A DNA stretch of 61,414 nt, the filler included, from Nemertoderma westbladi (lineage: Eukaryota; Animalia; Xenacoelomorpha): the NCBI GenBank assembly GCA_032718475.1. It is 3 parts of 3 records of this genome, joined end to end, with 100 filler letters (N's around TTAATTAATTAA, not from the genome) between each part and the next. Parts side by side here need not be neighbours in the genome. Positions count along the whole stretch, not along the records: positions 23,368 to 52,843 come from JAUCBJ010005403.1; 2 more parts are not named here. The stretch is one strand, 5' to 3'. Of this stretch, positions 26,318 to 37,050 are shown in pieces; the first letter of the stretch is position 1; every line of letters begins with the position of its first letter. Under the pieces are notes generated by a model that was not told the DNA's origin, searched no databases, and saw only the letters and a list, made by a program, of their open reading frames with translations. The position numbers and the translations under genes are program-made.

Positions 26318-27502
26318 CCATGAGGCGGATGCTGTCCCACCACCCTTGGGGCCAGTCTGACTCCGTTTTTATCAGACCGGGCCGGAGGGTAGCCCGATGC
26401 TTCCCGGGTTCAATTTTCAATCCCCTGATCACACCGGCACAGCTCGTCGCGCGTGTAGCCGATCATAGCCATCGTTGATCGGCCACTGTCAACTTACTGT
26501 GGCCTGACTGTACATTGAGCCAACTCAGAGAGTCAACCGGCGGGTGGACCAGTCGATAGCGATCGAGCATCAAGGTTGTCCTTGAGCCAAACCGACGGTC
26601 TTGTCCCAAGTGGGCTTGCGCTACTCAACATGGAATATTGACACGTTTTCACCCGCCTCGCCGGCAGTATTAAGGGGAAGTCGGTTCCGCCAACAATACT
26701 GACTAGCTTAAAAGCTAAGAACAAGTCACCACTTACTAGTCACTGTACACGTGTACTCAACAGATGCTCACAAAATCAAGTACACAACTGTAAACACAAA
26801 ATCGGACACATACCATGCACACACAGAGGACATAATCGGGAAAGACAAATTGGTGACAAAATCAGAGGGGACAAAATTGTATCGACTGATAAAAGAGTCG
26901 AGAGTACCTTATTTTGCTGTCAGGGCAAAATAACTTTGTGTGCACAAAGTATGCTGGGGCGCAGTAAAGATATGGTCCTACTAATAACCAGCGGCGACTG
27001 AACCAACTGGCAAGGTTTCCCACACTCACTCACAGTGGCCATACACACACTCACGTATACCACGTACCCACAGCAACAGAAAGCTCAAGCAAACTGCCAC
27101 TGCTCGTCCACACACAAACCACAGATTCCAAAGTATCGTTCACTCGGACCACACTAAAACACCATCCCCTCCTTGCAGCGGATATTCCAGGTGCTACCTC
27201 CATTCCAATAGTAGTACCAACAGAATCATCAGAATCCTGCCCATTCCGATGCAACACCTCCATTCAAATAGTGCTACCCTGGGAAAAGACACGTGTCAGC
27301 AACCGATCGGAGACAGCAAAGAGTCTGGTCAACTCATATATACCAAACATAGACCTACCACATAGACCACAGATCACACTAAGCCACCACCCCTACTGTG
27401 TACAGGACTAGCAGTACGGCAACAGGCCGATGAGACGTGTACCACAGCACCATGTTGATTCATGGTTCGCAAGACACAAGGGCCTTCAGTAACTCCCCTG
27501 CA

Positions 27503-29437
27503 CTATATAGAGTATTTAACGTGCCCCCAGACCCTCACGAGTCCGCCGCCGCCTGTTCGCGACACCCCTATAGAGACCTCACCTCTTAAGGCATCGCGTT
27601 CTAACGCAATACTCTGCTGCACTTCTTGCAACTCTAACCTACCTTCTCTTACTGTTCCCTTGAACTGTTGCACAGTCTCCTGCATCTGCCCGAGCAGGAG
27701 ATCCATCCCCCGCCGTCCCTCATCCACCCACTCAACCGCCGAAGCGGGAGCCGCCAACATAGTAGTGGGTAGACGAGGGACGACGGGCGATAAATCATTG
27801 ATGTCTCACTCGGTGTCCAGGGCAGGAATTGTCTCAGGGGCTGTTCTACTGGGCACAGGTAGTTTAGTGCTGTGCAAAGGGAATTTAGAGCTGGGTTCTG
27901 GAAGTACAGGGGTCTCTATCACAGAGGGGGTGGCTTCGAGAACAGGACTAATTATTTCAGGCTCATCTACTATAGTAGGGAGTCTTTCTACTCTAATAAT
28001 TTGATCTGAAGGCTCAGGATTACTTAGATCTACACTAGCTAGTTGCCTTCTCACGGCTGGAGGCAAATCAGGCAATTTCTGCCGGTGCAGCGCCCTTCTA
28101 CATCCGCTGGAACGAGATTTATTTCCTCTACCTTCAGGATCTGTTGTATCGCCTTCATCAGAGGATGTAAATCCCTGTCTCTTGGGAGTAGATCGACTTA
28201 GCAGCTGCATCTGAGTAGCTGTTCTCTGTTTATTTAAGTAATCTTGCTTCATTTGAAGATTTTCCAACTCTAGTTGGGCTGTCTCTTCAGATGCCCTCCG
28301 TTCTGCTTCTACCACTGCCTCTGCCACTTTTCTTTCAGCTTCTGCCACCTTTCTTTCAAATTCTGCCGCTGTCTCATCCGCTTTTCTTTCCACTTCTGCA
28401 GCTGCCGCTGTCGCTTTTCTTTCAAATTCTGCCGCTGTCTCTGCCGCTGCCGCTGCCACTGCCTTTCTGTCTTCTATCTGTTTTTTCTTTAGTTGTTCTT
28501 CCTGTTCCATAAGGATGAGGATGCGTTCATCAAATTTAGCCTGCTCAGCGGCTAACATTTCCGCATCTAACGAGTCCAACACCAATTTGGCTCCCTCACT
28601 ATTGGGGCGAAGTCCAGCTAGCCGTCTCCTTAACTCTTTGTCACCTATAAATCGTTGATAGTCCGACAGATAGATGTCAATAGCATCCTTCTTCGGAGGT
28701 TTCTCTGATGTGACGTCGCTTTCCACCTGAGAAAAGGTAGCGTCTGTTGATTCTCCGTGGGTCATGCGCTCGGTTAGCTGAGCTTTCCATTGTGTCGTTT
28801 CTTGGACTTTAAGACTCACCCGTTGGAACCAAGTCTTTACGGCTATCTGCAACGACGTGTCTTGGCTTCTCTTCGAGGCATCCTCAAAGGCTGAAAGGAT
28901 TAGTCTGATCCTTAAGATTCGTTCTCGAACTTGATAAATCAGTTCTCCCTGCTCTTGAGGTCTTTGACGTTGTTGAAACAGGTGTTCCTCTAAGCGCTCC
29001 AAAGAGCTGAAGAATCCCTGGACATATTCTGCTGCCGACCTCTTCCACACCGCTGGATCTCGAGTGTTTCTTACTACTCCCATCCTGTATAAGTCTACCC
29101 AGGCAGCTTCCGATAATTTAAATGGGAGTCCGGGTCCGGGGAAGTTCCATTGCGTCTCGACAATAGACTTCAGTTCCTCCATCGTGTATCCCGCATAACT
29201 GTCCCTGGTCGATCGCTTACTTCTTGCCCAATCGATTGGATGTTCTTCTACAGTGATCAATACTCTAGCGAGTACGGCTCCAGGAAGAATTAGAAGTGGA
29301 TCTGGATAAACCGCTTCTGTTATCCTTGCTCCGATCTCGGGTGTCAACTCTACAGTATCTGAACTACTGGAGCTATCTGGCTGTTGAGAAATAAGTACCG
29401 GGGTTAATTTAACTATAACGGTATGTATAACAAGCAC
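27503..29437 (-). pseudogene. Coiled-coil-rich ORF, probably the N-terminal part of the same BEL/Pao gag
   Basis: The 543-aa ORF continues in frame past a single TGA (27806-27808) into ORF 27503-27760. Same strand and frame as the gag ORF, with AAEFERK coiled-coil repeats. No diagnostic motif, and ~1 kb of unexplained sequence separates it from gag. Confidence 0.45.
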
Positions 29438-31109
29438 AATTACTGTAGGAATAAACTTAGGGGTATGTATGTTGCGAATACTCGCATAGACTCTGAATAA
29501 TAAATAAATACGCTACCCGTACAGACTACACAAATAAAATACAAACCGAACGCTGGCAGACTACTATCAAGCCTAAATAAACTACAGTATATGCAGACTC
29601 CGAAATGGTTAGTTAGTATGCGTTCTAACTGAGTAGTACGACTTATTCTTTCGGGGGGGATTTACCTTACAGCACTGGATACCCCCACCTTCCTAACTAG
29701 TACTTTATCGGACATACACTCTACACACACTGCAATCTCTTCAGACTTAACAACAGCCAGACAACAATCCAGCCTAAAAATTATCTGTACAATTTGAGCA
29801 GGCTTACACGCCTTCTGCTCAATATTACACTTACATATAAATAAAACTGACAGAAATAAGTAAAATCCCAATAAAAAACCAGGGAGGCCGTCCCTGATTA
29901 AATATCAAGACCTACCGGTATATAATTATCAAAATCGAATAATACTGCTGTACCTGTAAGTACCGGTTCGGGTAGTCAGGCATTCAGGCCTACAGCTTAC
30001 CGGTCGACCGGTACGTTTGACTTTATTGCCTACGGTGCAATAAAGAATCTGGAAATCTATTATTGTTCGCGCTTTCAGACCTTTAGCAGTTTAACCTGCC
30101 AATTTTAGGTGTTCTCTTGTTTATAAATCGACTTTAGCCTATAACAATTATTTAATGCACATGAAGTAACATTAGCCGAAGCCAGTCTATGCGCGATCAT
30201 TCACCCACAGTTAAGGGAGACTGGATTCGGATGCTTTGACCTTATTGCAGTGTAGACCTACTGTATTATTCGATTGATCACTACTATATAATCTCTGACA
30301 ATATTATTCACTTTCGGGGAAATATTAACAGTTCCTTTAGGACGTGGCGCTTTAAGTATAAAACAGAGTTATGACTTATACTAAACACAACGAGATGGCT
30401 ACTGATTTTCGTAAATAGAGCATTCTTTAGGAGATGCTTTATTATCTGTCACACTGCTGCATACGATTTCACACTGCTGCACACTGATCTGCCGACCATT
30501 ACTGAATTTGATCATATATAAGGAGGATAGCAACTGACACATGTAGGGATTATAAAATAGCATTTAATGCACACTAAAACCACTGTAATGTAAGTCGCAA
30601 TTGCTATCGGTAACCGGTCCCTCTAACCTTTAGTAATCAAGAAGATTGGGGGTTTTATGATTATTTATCGATATTCTCCCAATATAACAACATATCCATC
30701 AACATATAACCATTAATAACAGACAGTAAACAGAAGTACAATAATGCGGTGATATTCAGCCAGTATCGGTAGTACCAGTACCGCAGTTGCAGGTGCAGTA
30801 TCAAAGTTGTTCAGTCAGTGCAGACTGCAGATAATAGATTTACGTTCTTATAATCAAAGCCGTCTAATGTTGGCCAAAGTCTGAAACTTCTACCGAAGTA
30901 CAGAAAAATCCTAAGCTGGTGTTCTGGGCTTAGAAAAGATACACACTGACTGAATTGCGTGGGTTTCTGTAGGCACTGTCCAACACAAAGTGAAAATCGC
31001 TCTGATTGGCCGAGCAGAACAAAGAACAAAGAAAAGCTCCACGCTGGCAGTAAATCAGCTGACAGATTTCGTCATCTGAAACTACACTCTATTTAGAGTA
31101 TTTGGCGTA

Positions 31110-31240
31110 TTGCGGCATAAAATGGCTTGTTATGTCCGCTAAAACACCTACAGGGTACATTGCGGAGAAAATGGCTTGTTATGTCCGCTAAAACAACTAA
31201 ACAGTTAATTGCGGAGAAAATGACTGGTTATATCCGCAAA
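31110..31240. repeat. Three ~50-bp tandem units (TTGCGGAGAAAATGGCTTGTTATGTCCGC..) inside LTR-A
   Basis: TGCGG starts at 31111, 31161 and 31210. Confidence 0.8.
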
Positions 31241-32144
31241 AGCTTTTACACTAGGGTGGAGTGAAAAATATTTTTTTTCAAATATTTCACTCTCCCACTC
31301 ACTAATGGACATCAATTGTTGAAAAAACCGCGTATGCCAGGTTTCATCCAAAAATATTTATCCCTTACCCCGGTACCACATATTACAATTTTTATAACGA
31401 AAATTGCAAGTATTTCGAAAAAAATTTTGTTCGCAAAATCTATCCTCCCATTCAGATTTTTAATGCATGCGACTTGAAGGTGCAAAATATAAAATTTTAG
31501 TCTATGAGAATGACCCCTTACCCCAGCACCACAAATTGAAAATTCAAGAATAAAAAGTAAATGTTCTCTTCGTACATGGCCTGGCCAGCTATGGCAAATC
31601 AATAACATATTTCACATATTTAAAACCACATAATTTTTTTTATTCGAATTTATAATACTGTACCCCAGATAATAATTTGAAACAATATTATTTTCGGTGA
31701 CTTTGAAACAAGTATTAGTTTATGGTGATACATTTATATTTGTGTAATAATCGCGTTTGGTTTCAAACATAGGTCGCTCTTTGCGTGATACAAATGTCTG
31801 GCGAATTAGACCACTACGTGATGTCCTACCACACACTGAAGCAGAAGCTTCAGTCACCAACTTAACGAGGCGTTCAACAGCTTGTGTGTGACAAGGAAAT
31901 CCAGCTACATCTGGCTTTATGTCGTACAACTACGGATATCCAATAAACTTTTCTGCTGGAATATCAGCTGTCAGTGGTGGCTCAAAGCGATTCATACGCC
32001 AGAATTCCAAGCTCACGAGATCTATATAGCTGGCTGCTTCAAAGTTCAGTTGAGGTAATACAAATCGACGAACCATTGATCTTGGGTCTATTCGAGCCTT
32101 TTCTCTGGCCATCATTATTCTACGATATCCAAGTTCACGAATAG

Positions 32145-33756
32145 TGTTGCCGTTATCCCAACACCAGGGGGGAAAAACGCCGATGCTGGAGACGTGACTT
32201 TACAGACCACCGAGCCCCGGCCAGTCACCGGATATTGATTGTGGAGAAGGAATGTTTTCTGAGATGCAAGTTTGCGGTTGATAAAAAGCTGCATTAGTTG
32301 GATATACTCTTTAATGTAACTTCCTATAGTTGAAACCTGTTCAACATCATTGAAACTTGATAAAGAATAATTTTGGGCTTCCCCAAATCAATATACACCA
32401 AATATTCACAATAATTATACACGATAATATAAATCCCTACGGTATATTATTTAATTACCCGCTGTTCGCTCAGAATTTTAGCCTACCTAATGTTCCCCAG
32501 ATTTTCCCTCGGTCCCAGTCTTAGTGCCGTAGTGTCGGTGTCGGTCGACCCTGTCGCGTGTCCGTTCCACCCCTCACGAACCCCGAAGGGAACGATCATC
32601 GAGAACCAGCACGGCTTGGCTAAGGGTCGGTCCAGTCGGTAGACTCTGTCGCGTATCCGTACCACCCCTCTCGAACCCCGAAGGGTTCGGTCATCGAGAA
32701 CCAGTACGGCTTGGCTAGGAGTCTGTCGTGTCGGTGGACCCGTTCGCGTGTCCGTTCCACCCCTCACGAACCCCGAAGGGTTCGATCATCGAGAACCAGA
32801 ACGGCTTGGCTAGGGGTCCGTCGTTTCGTCACAGAAACCCAACCACCTAGGCTTTCCGAGTCCCTTTCAGGCTCGTAGTCGCTTCGGCAGCCGAGAAACT
32901 GCTCCGAACAGTCGGTAGGCCAGTAGAGTCTAGTCGAGTCTAGTCCTTTGTCTTTCGACCCCATCGCGTGTCCGTTCCACCCCTCACGAACCCCGAAGGG
33001 AACGATCATCGAGAACCAGTACGGCTTGGCTAAGGGGTCTGTCGTCGGTTCCCGTCGCAAATCCCAGTACAAGCAGTCAGCGTTCCGAGTTCTTTTCAGT
33101 CTCGTAGTAGCTGCCGTTGACCAGAGACCGCTAAGGGCACTTCTCGTCAAACCCGTCCTGTGGCCAGCCCTTTCGCATGTCCGTCCCACCCCTCGCGAAC
33201 CCCGAAGGGATCGGTCATCGAGAACCAGTACGGCTTAGGTCAGGGGGCAGTCGTTAGTTGGCCACCCGTTCGCGTGTCCGCTCCACCCCTCACGAACCCC
33301 GAAGGGAACGATCATCGAGAACCAGAACGGCTTGGCTACTAAGGGGCCGTCGGTGCCCGTCGCAAATCCCTGACACAAGCAGTCAGCGGTCCGAGTTCTT
33401 TTCAGTCTCGTAATGGCTGCTGTTGGCCAGGGACCGCTAAGGGCAGTCCTTGTCCTTTAGGCCTGGCGCATTACCAAATCCACCCCTACAGGCAGCAGGA
33501 AGTTGGCCAGGGCCTAATAGTACTCAGGCTAACCTGAATACTGCTTGCATTTTCCATCCCCCCCTGGCCCTTATAACTATGAAATTATTCCCGTACCCTG
33601 TAAGTTGCCCCAAAGTTCGCCCATAAATCGCCCCCAGTTTATTGAATGTGCCCAAAACCCATGGTCCCGCACCCAGTAGTAATATCGGAATAATCAATTT
33701 TAAATAAATACAAAAATATTCAACTCGCGTTATGGAAAGTTGAAATACCGCGAACA
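32145..33756 (-). mobile_element. Solo LTR-B (1612 bp, BEL/Pao-like) inserted in the hAT transposase
   Basis: Termini TGTT...AACA (TGTTCGCG on the minus strand, as in LTR-A); 5-bp TSD AATAG at 32140-32144 and 33757-33761. Excision restores the transposase frame. Strand is inferred. Confidence 0.85.
32554..33346 (-). repeat. Array of six ~73-bp structured repeats (K-turn + C(UUCG)G hairpin) with variable spacers
   Basis: Units start at 32554, 32649, 32744, 32964, 33173 and 33270. Minus-strand core: CCGTWC..TTCTC-GAT-GA-Y-CGWWCCC-TTCG-GGGTTCG-N-GA-GGGG..GNRCGG. Confidence 0.8.
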
Positions 33757-36700
33757 AATAGCTTGATTCTTGTCGCAACAAAACGCCACCAATATGTTCT
33801 CCGTATGGGAGAAAAAGGCATTCCTTTGTATTGTTCTATTAACTACTGCTCGCAGATCATCTGGAAGGTAGCGGGATAATGAAATGGAATTAAAAACAAG
33901 TTTTGGTCCATTATAGCATTGCCAATGTTCCTTAATGTGGAACCACATGGGAGTGTATACTTTTACAACAAACGTTGCCAATTCCAGCAAGTTTCTACCT
34001 GGGTCTGAGGTCGAAACATAAAGCCGTAATATGCGGCTAGCGAAGGTGAGCCATCGACTCTGAACCATCTTTCCAGGTGAACGATTAGCCAAACTCTGAG
34101 AACATACTCCATTTATAACACTGTTGAAAATTTCGTACAAGTATTTTTGGTCACTGTTAAGATCTTTAGGCATTTCTGTTATTAGGCTTTGATCAGAAAT
34201 ACAAATTGGTTGAAATTGTTTAAGTTCCAAATTCTCACAGTTAACAAGGGCCTTACCAATAGGGCCAGTAAAAACGCCCGGTCCCATGGAAGTGCCATCC
34301 AGATGAAGAAATAAATGTCTGAGCGGCAGCTCATTAAAGTGGAGTAGGCACACATGCCATTGAAGTGGTTTTTTGAGTTCACATTCTGCGATTCTAATTA
34401 TACCATTAATCTTCCCTGTGTTGACTCCAGTCCCATCACAACCAATAACACGAACACTACTGAGGTCCACACTTTCCTTTATTGCCTTAAAAATATCAGT
34501 AGCTTTACCAGACTTAGGTGAAACATGATCGATGTAAACCGACCCGGGTTCAGAGAGTAAACTGATGTGCTCCTCAACTATGAGCTTTCGGCGAAACTTT
34601 CCATCGATCTTCTGAATGACCATAGTCTTGTCTTTTCGCCCATCAAAGTACAACCCAGAGAGAGCACTATCAAACTTCATTACTTGGCGGCCACTACGAC
34701 GTCGTTATATCCTATAACGATCAAGGGCTCTCCCTAACTTTGGATATGGTTTCCCGCTACTCGAACATGCAGACATGTGATCACATGATCGAAATGGGGG
34801 TACAAAATCCTCGTCGTCGGAATTGTTACTGTCATATTCAGGTGAAGAGGGTACATCGGATTCATCAGATACATCGGGTTCATAGGGTAAATCGGATTCA
34901 GAAGCTCGACGCATCCTTAATTTTCGCTTTAACCCAAGAAGATTTTTCCTAGTAGACGCCCAATCTGTTCTTCCAATGACCATTGCACGTTTATTAGTTT
35001 GATCCTCGTAAAAAGCACGTTCACACGCGGGAATATTGTTGACATCAGCCACTACAAATATATTATCGAAACTCTCCATAAACTCTGCCCTTTTTCTTTC
35101 AAACTCTGCTGCACGCCGCTCTAGTTTCCTTGGAATTCGTTCAACACTTTTACGTGAATCATACAGTCTTAATAGTTTTTCAGCTATTTTATATCGTCCG
35201 ATTGTTGGAATTGACGCAGTATTATATATCTTTATAAGTTTTTCTGTTAGCTGTAAAGCGGCAGTTTTATTCGCTACATCATATCCTGTGAGTTTCTTAG
35301 ATTCAGACTTTTCCCAAATAAATGCCCGCATTACATCAATTTGAAGAGGCAAGACATTTTCACGTAGTGGACCAGGTGTTCCAAAAAGTTCATGAGTGAG
35401 CTGCTTGCGTGTAGTCGGCCCCCCAGGTGTTGTTACTTTGTCTGTAGACATTCTATGATATATGTAGGTAGATACACTGAATGATAAATCAAAACTATAT
35501 TATTTACCGGTACCGGTAGGCAAAATGAATAAAGACTGCTGATGCTAAATTTTAAGAGCAGACATATAGTAGTTTGAATTTCCCTCTGTAATAGGCCAAC
35601 AGCATATTGATAGAAAATGCATTAATCGTTGTTGGCGAGTGCGGCTAAATAAACAAATAATACATATACTGTATTGTTACATTGATATATTTTGTTAACG
35701 GCGCCATATTAAAATAATTTAGAAAAATATATTTTCATTTTTATTGAATTTTCGCTTTGTGGTGCTGGGGTGAGGGATCATTCTCATAGACTAAAATTTT
35801 ATATTTTGCACCTTCAAGTCGCATGCATTAAAAATCTGAATGGGAGGATAGATTTTGCGAACAAAATTTTTTTCGAAATACTTGCAATTTTCGTTTTCGT
35901 TATAAAAATTGTAATATGTGGTGCCGGGGTAAGGGATTAATATTTTTGGATGAAACCTGGCATACGCGGTTTTTTCAACAATTGATGTCCATTAGTGAGT
36001 GGGAGAGTGAAATATTTGAAAAAAAATATTTTTCACTCCACCCTATTTTACACCTAACTACAGTACTTTTACCGGTAGTGTAACGTGATTGGCTACTGTC
36101 CTGAGCAATACATTGTTTAGGCTGTACCGGTACCGGTCACTGTTCTGTATTTTGCAGTTGTGTCTGTATAAATTCAAATTTATGTTTTATTTTATTTAAT
36201 AATCGCCTGAAGAAGGGTTTAGGTTTAGGTTTAGGAGGGCGAATAATAATAATACAAAACGTTTTTATTGCTGAGGGAAGACCCTCTATCCTTAACATAT
36301 TATATAAAACATGCTTGTTGGGACACACACCACATCCAATCCTTGGCCTTAACCTAAACAGATTCCTTTTAGCCTGTATAGCTGGGTAGGGTATAGACTA
36401 TGTATGTAGTTACTTCCAACTGCAGATAGGGTGGCAGGGGGGGGGGGTGGTCTTGACCCAATCAAAATTCATCCTTCTCCAGGGGAAAATCGACACAACA
36501 GCCCCGTCTGTTCTATTGACTCTATTGATGGAAATCCCCCCCCCCCCCCCCCCCCCACGTTTCAGCAAATGTGGACAGAGCCGCAACTATTCGTGATACA
36601 GAGCGATAGGATTTGTTGTGTCATTGTATCTTTTTTAAAACACATCACCTATTTTTTATTTTATTTTACCGGTTTCACAAAATTATATCACAAAACTCAA

Positions 36701-37050
36701 ACACGAGTAGTGCAATTAATACGAAACCTAACACGAAAATATCAAGAATATAAAAACAAACGAACAGAATGGAGGGTGGGGGGGTCTTGGGTTCTCATTT
36801 CAAAAAAACGAAAGTGAAAATCTGAAAAAACCGCGATGTATTAAATGAACAGTATCTAGTTCTAAAACTAATAATATTCATTATTTAAGATTATAATAAT
36901 TTAAACCATTTAATAATTACTTAAACCTCCCCATAAAGTTAACCACTTTTTTTGGGGGGGGGGGGGGGGGGGGTGGAGCAGTGACTTCTTTCTAACATTT
37001 GAAATAGCTCACGTAATTTGAAACAACTAAAAATTAAAATTAGGAACAAT

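Larger units (their letters stand above)
31720..35451 (-). pseudogene. hATm-like transposase, disrupted by an in-frame stop at 34705, an LTR insertion and a frameshift near 31930
   Basis: Motifs GLYFDGRKDKT, IGCDGTGVNTG, CLLHFNELPLRH, SRWLT and FPCHTQAVERLVKLVTEAS. Removing the solo LTR restores ENILVAFCCDKNQAI|RELGYRRI. Confidence 0.88.
31252..36045 (-). mobile_element. hAT-superfamily (hATm-like) DNA transposon with ~300-bp TIRs
   Basis: TAGGGTGGAGTGAAAAATA...TATTTTTCACTCCACCCTA termini with near-identical TIRs (~31252-31550 and ~35740-36045). 8-bp TSD TTTTACAC at 31244-31251 and 36046-36053. Confidence 0.93.
30064..36297 (+). mobile_element. Solo LTR-A (BEL/Pao-like, ~1.43 kb once the nested hAT is removed)
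   Basis: Termini TGTTCGCG...CCTTAACA; 6-bp TSD TATTAT at 30058-30063 and 36298-36303. A second family member is at 23600-24289. Confidence 0.75.

Noticed and set aside
26430-27500. Possible additional solo LTR or intron splitting the BEL gag
   Set aside because: Non-coding-looking interruption, but I could not find matching termini, a TSD or a convincing splice pair.
23600-30745. Single DIRS-like or Polinton-like element with long inverted terminal repeats
   Set aside because: The right repeat is part of a solo LTR with its own TSD, the repeats are substantially diverged, and no tyrosine recombinase, polB or integrase lies inside.
32554-33346. CRISPR array (conserved repeats with variable spacers)
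   Set aside because: Repeats are ~73 bp, spacers are 22-147 bp and partly duplicated, there are no cas genes, and the context is a eukaryotic LTR.
32554-33346. SECIS elements, C/D snoRNAs or hammerhead ribozymes
   Set aside because: The AUGA/GA core is present, but the upper helix is only 7 bp with no apical AA. There is no RUGAUGA/CUGA pair with guides, and no CUGANGA...GAAA catalytic core.
32159-33780. Alternative insertion boundaries with a CAACA direct repeat
   Set aside because: These also restore the frame, but AATAG-flanked TGTT...AACA boundaries give canonical LTR termini shared with LTR-A.
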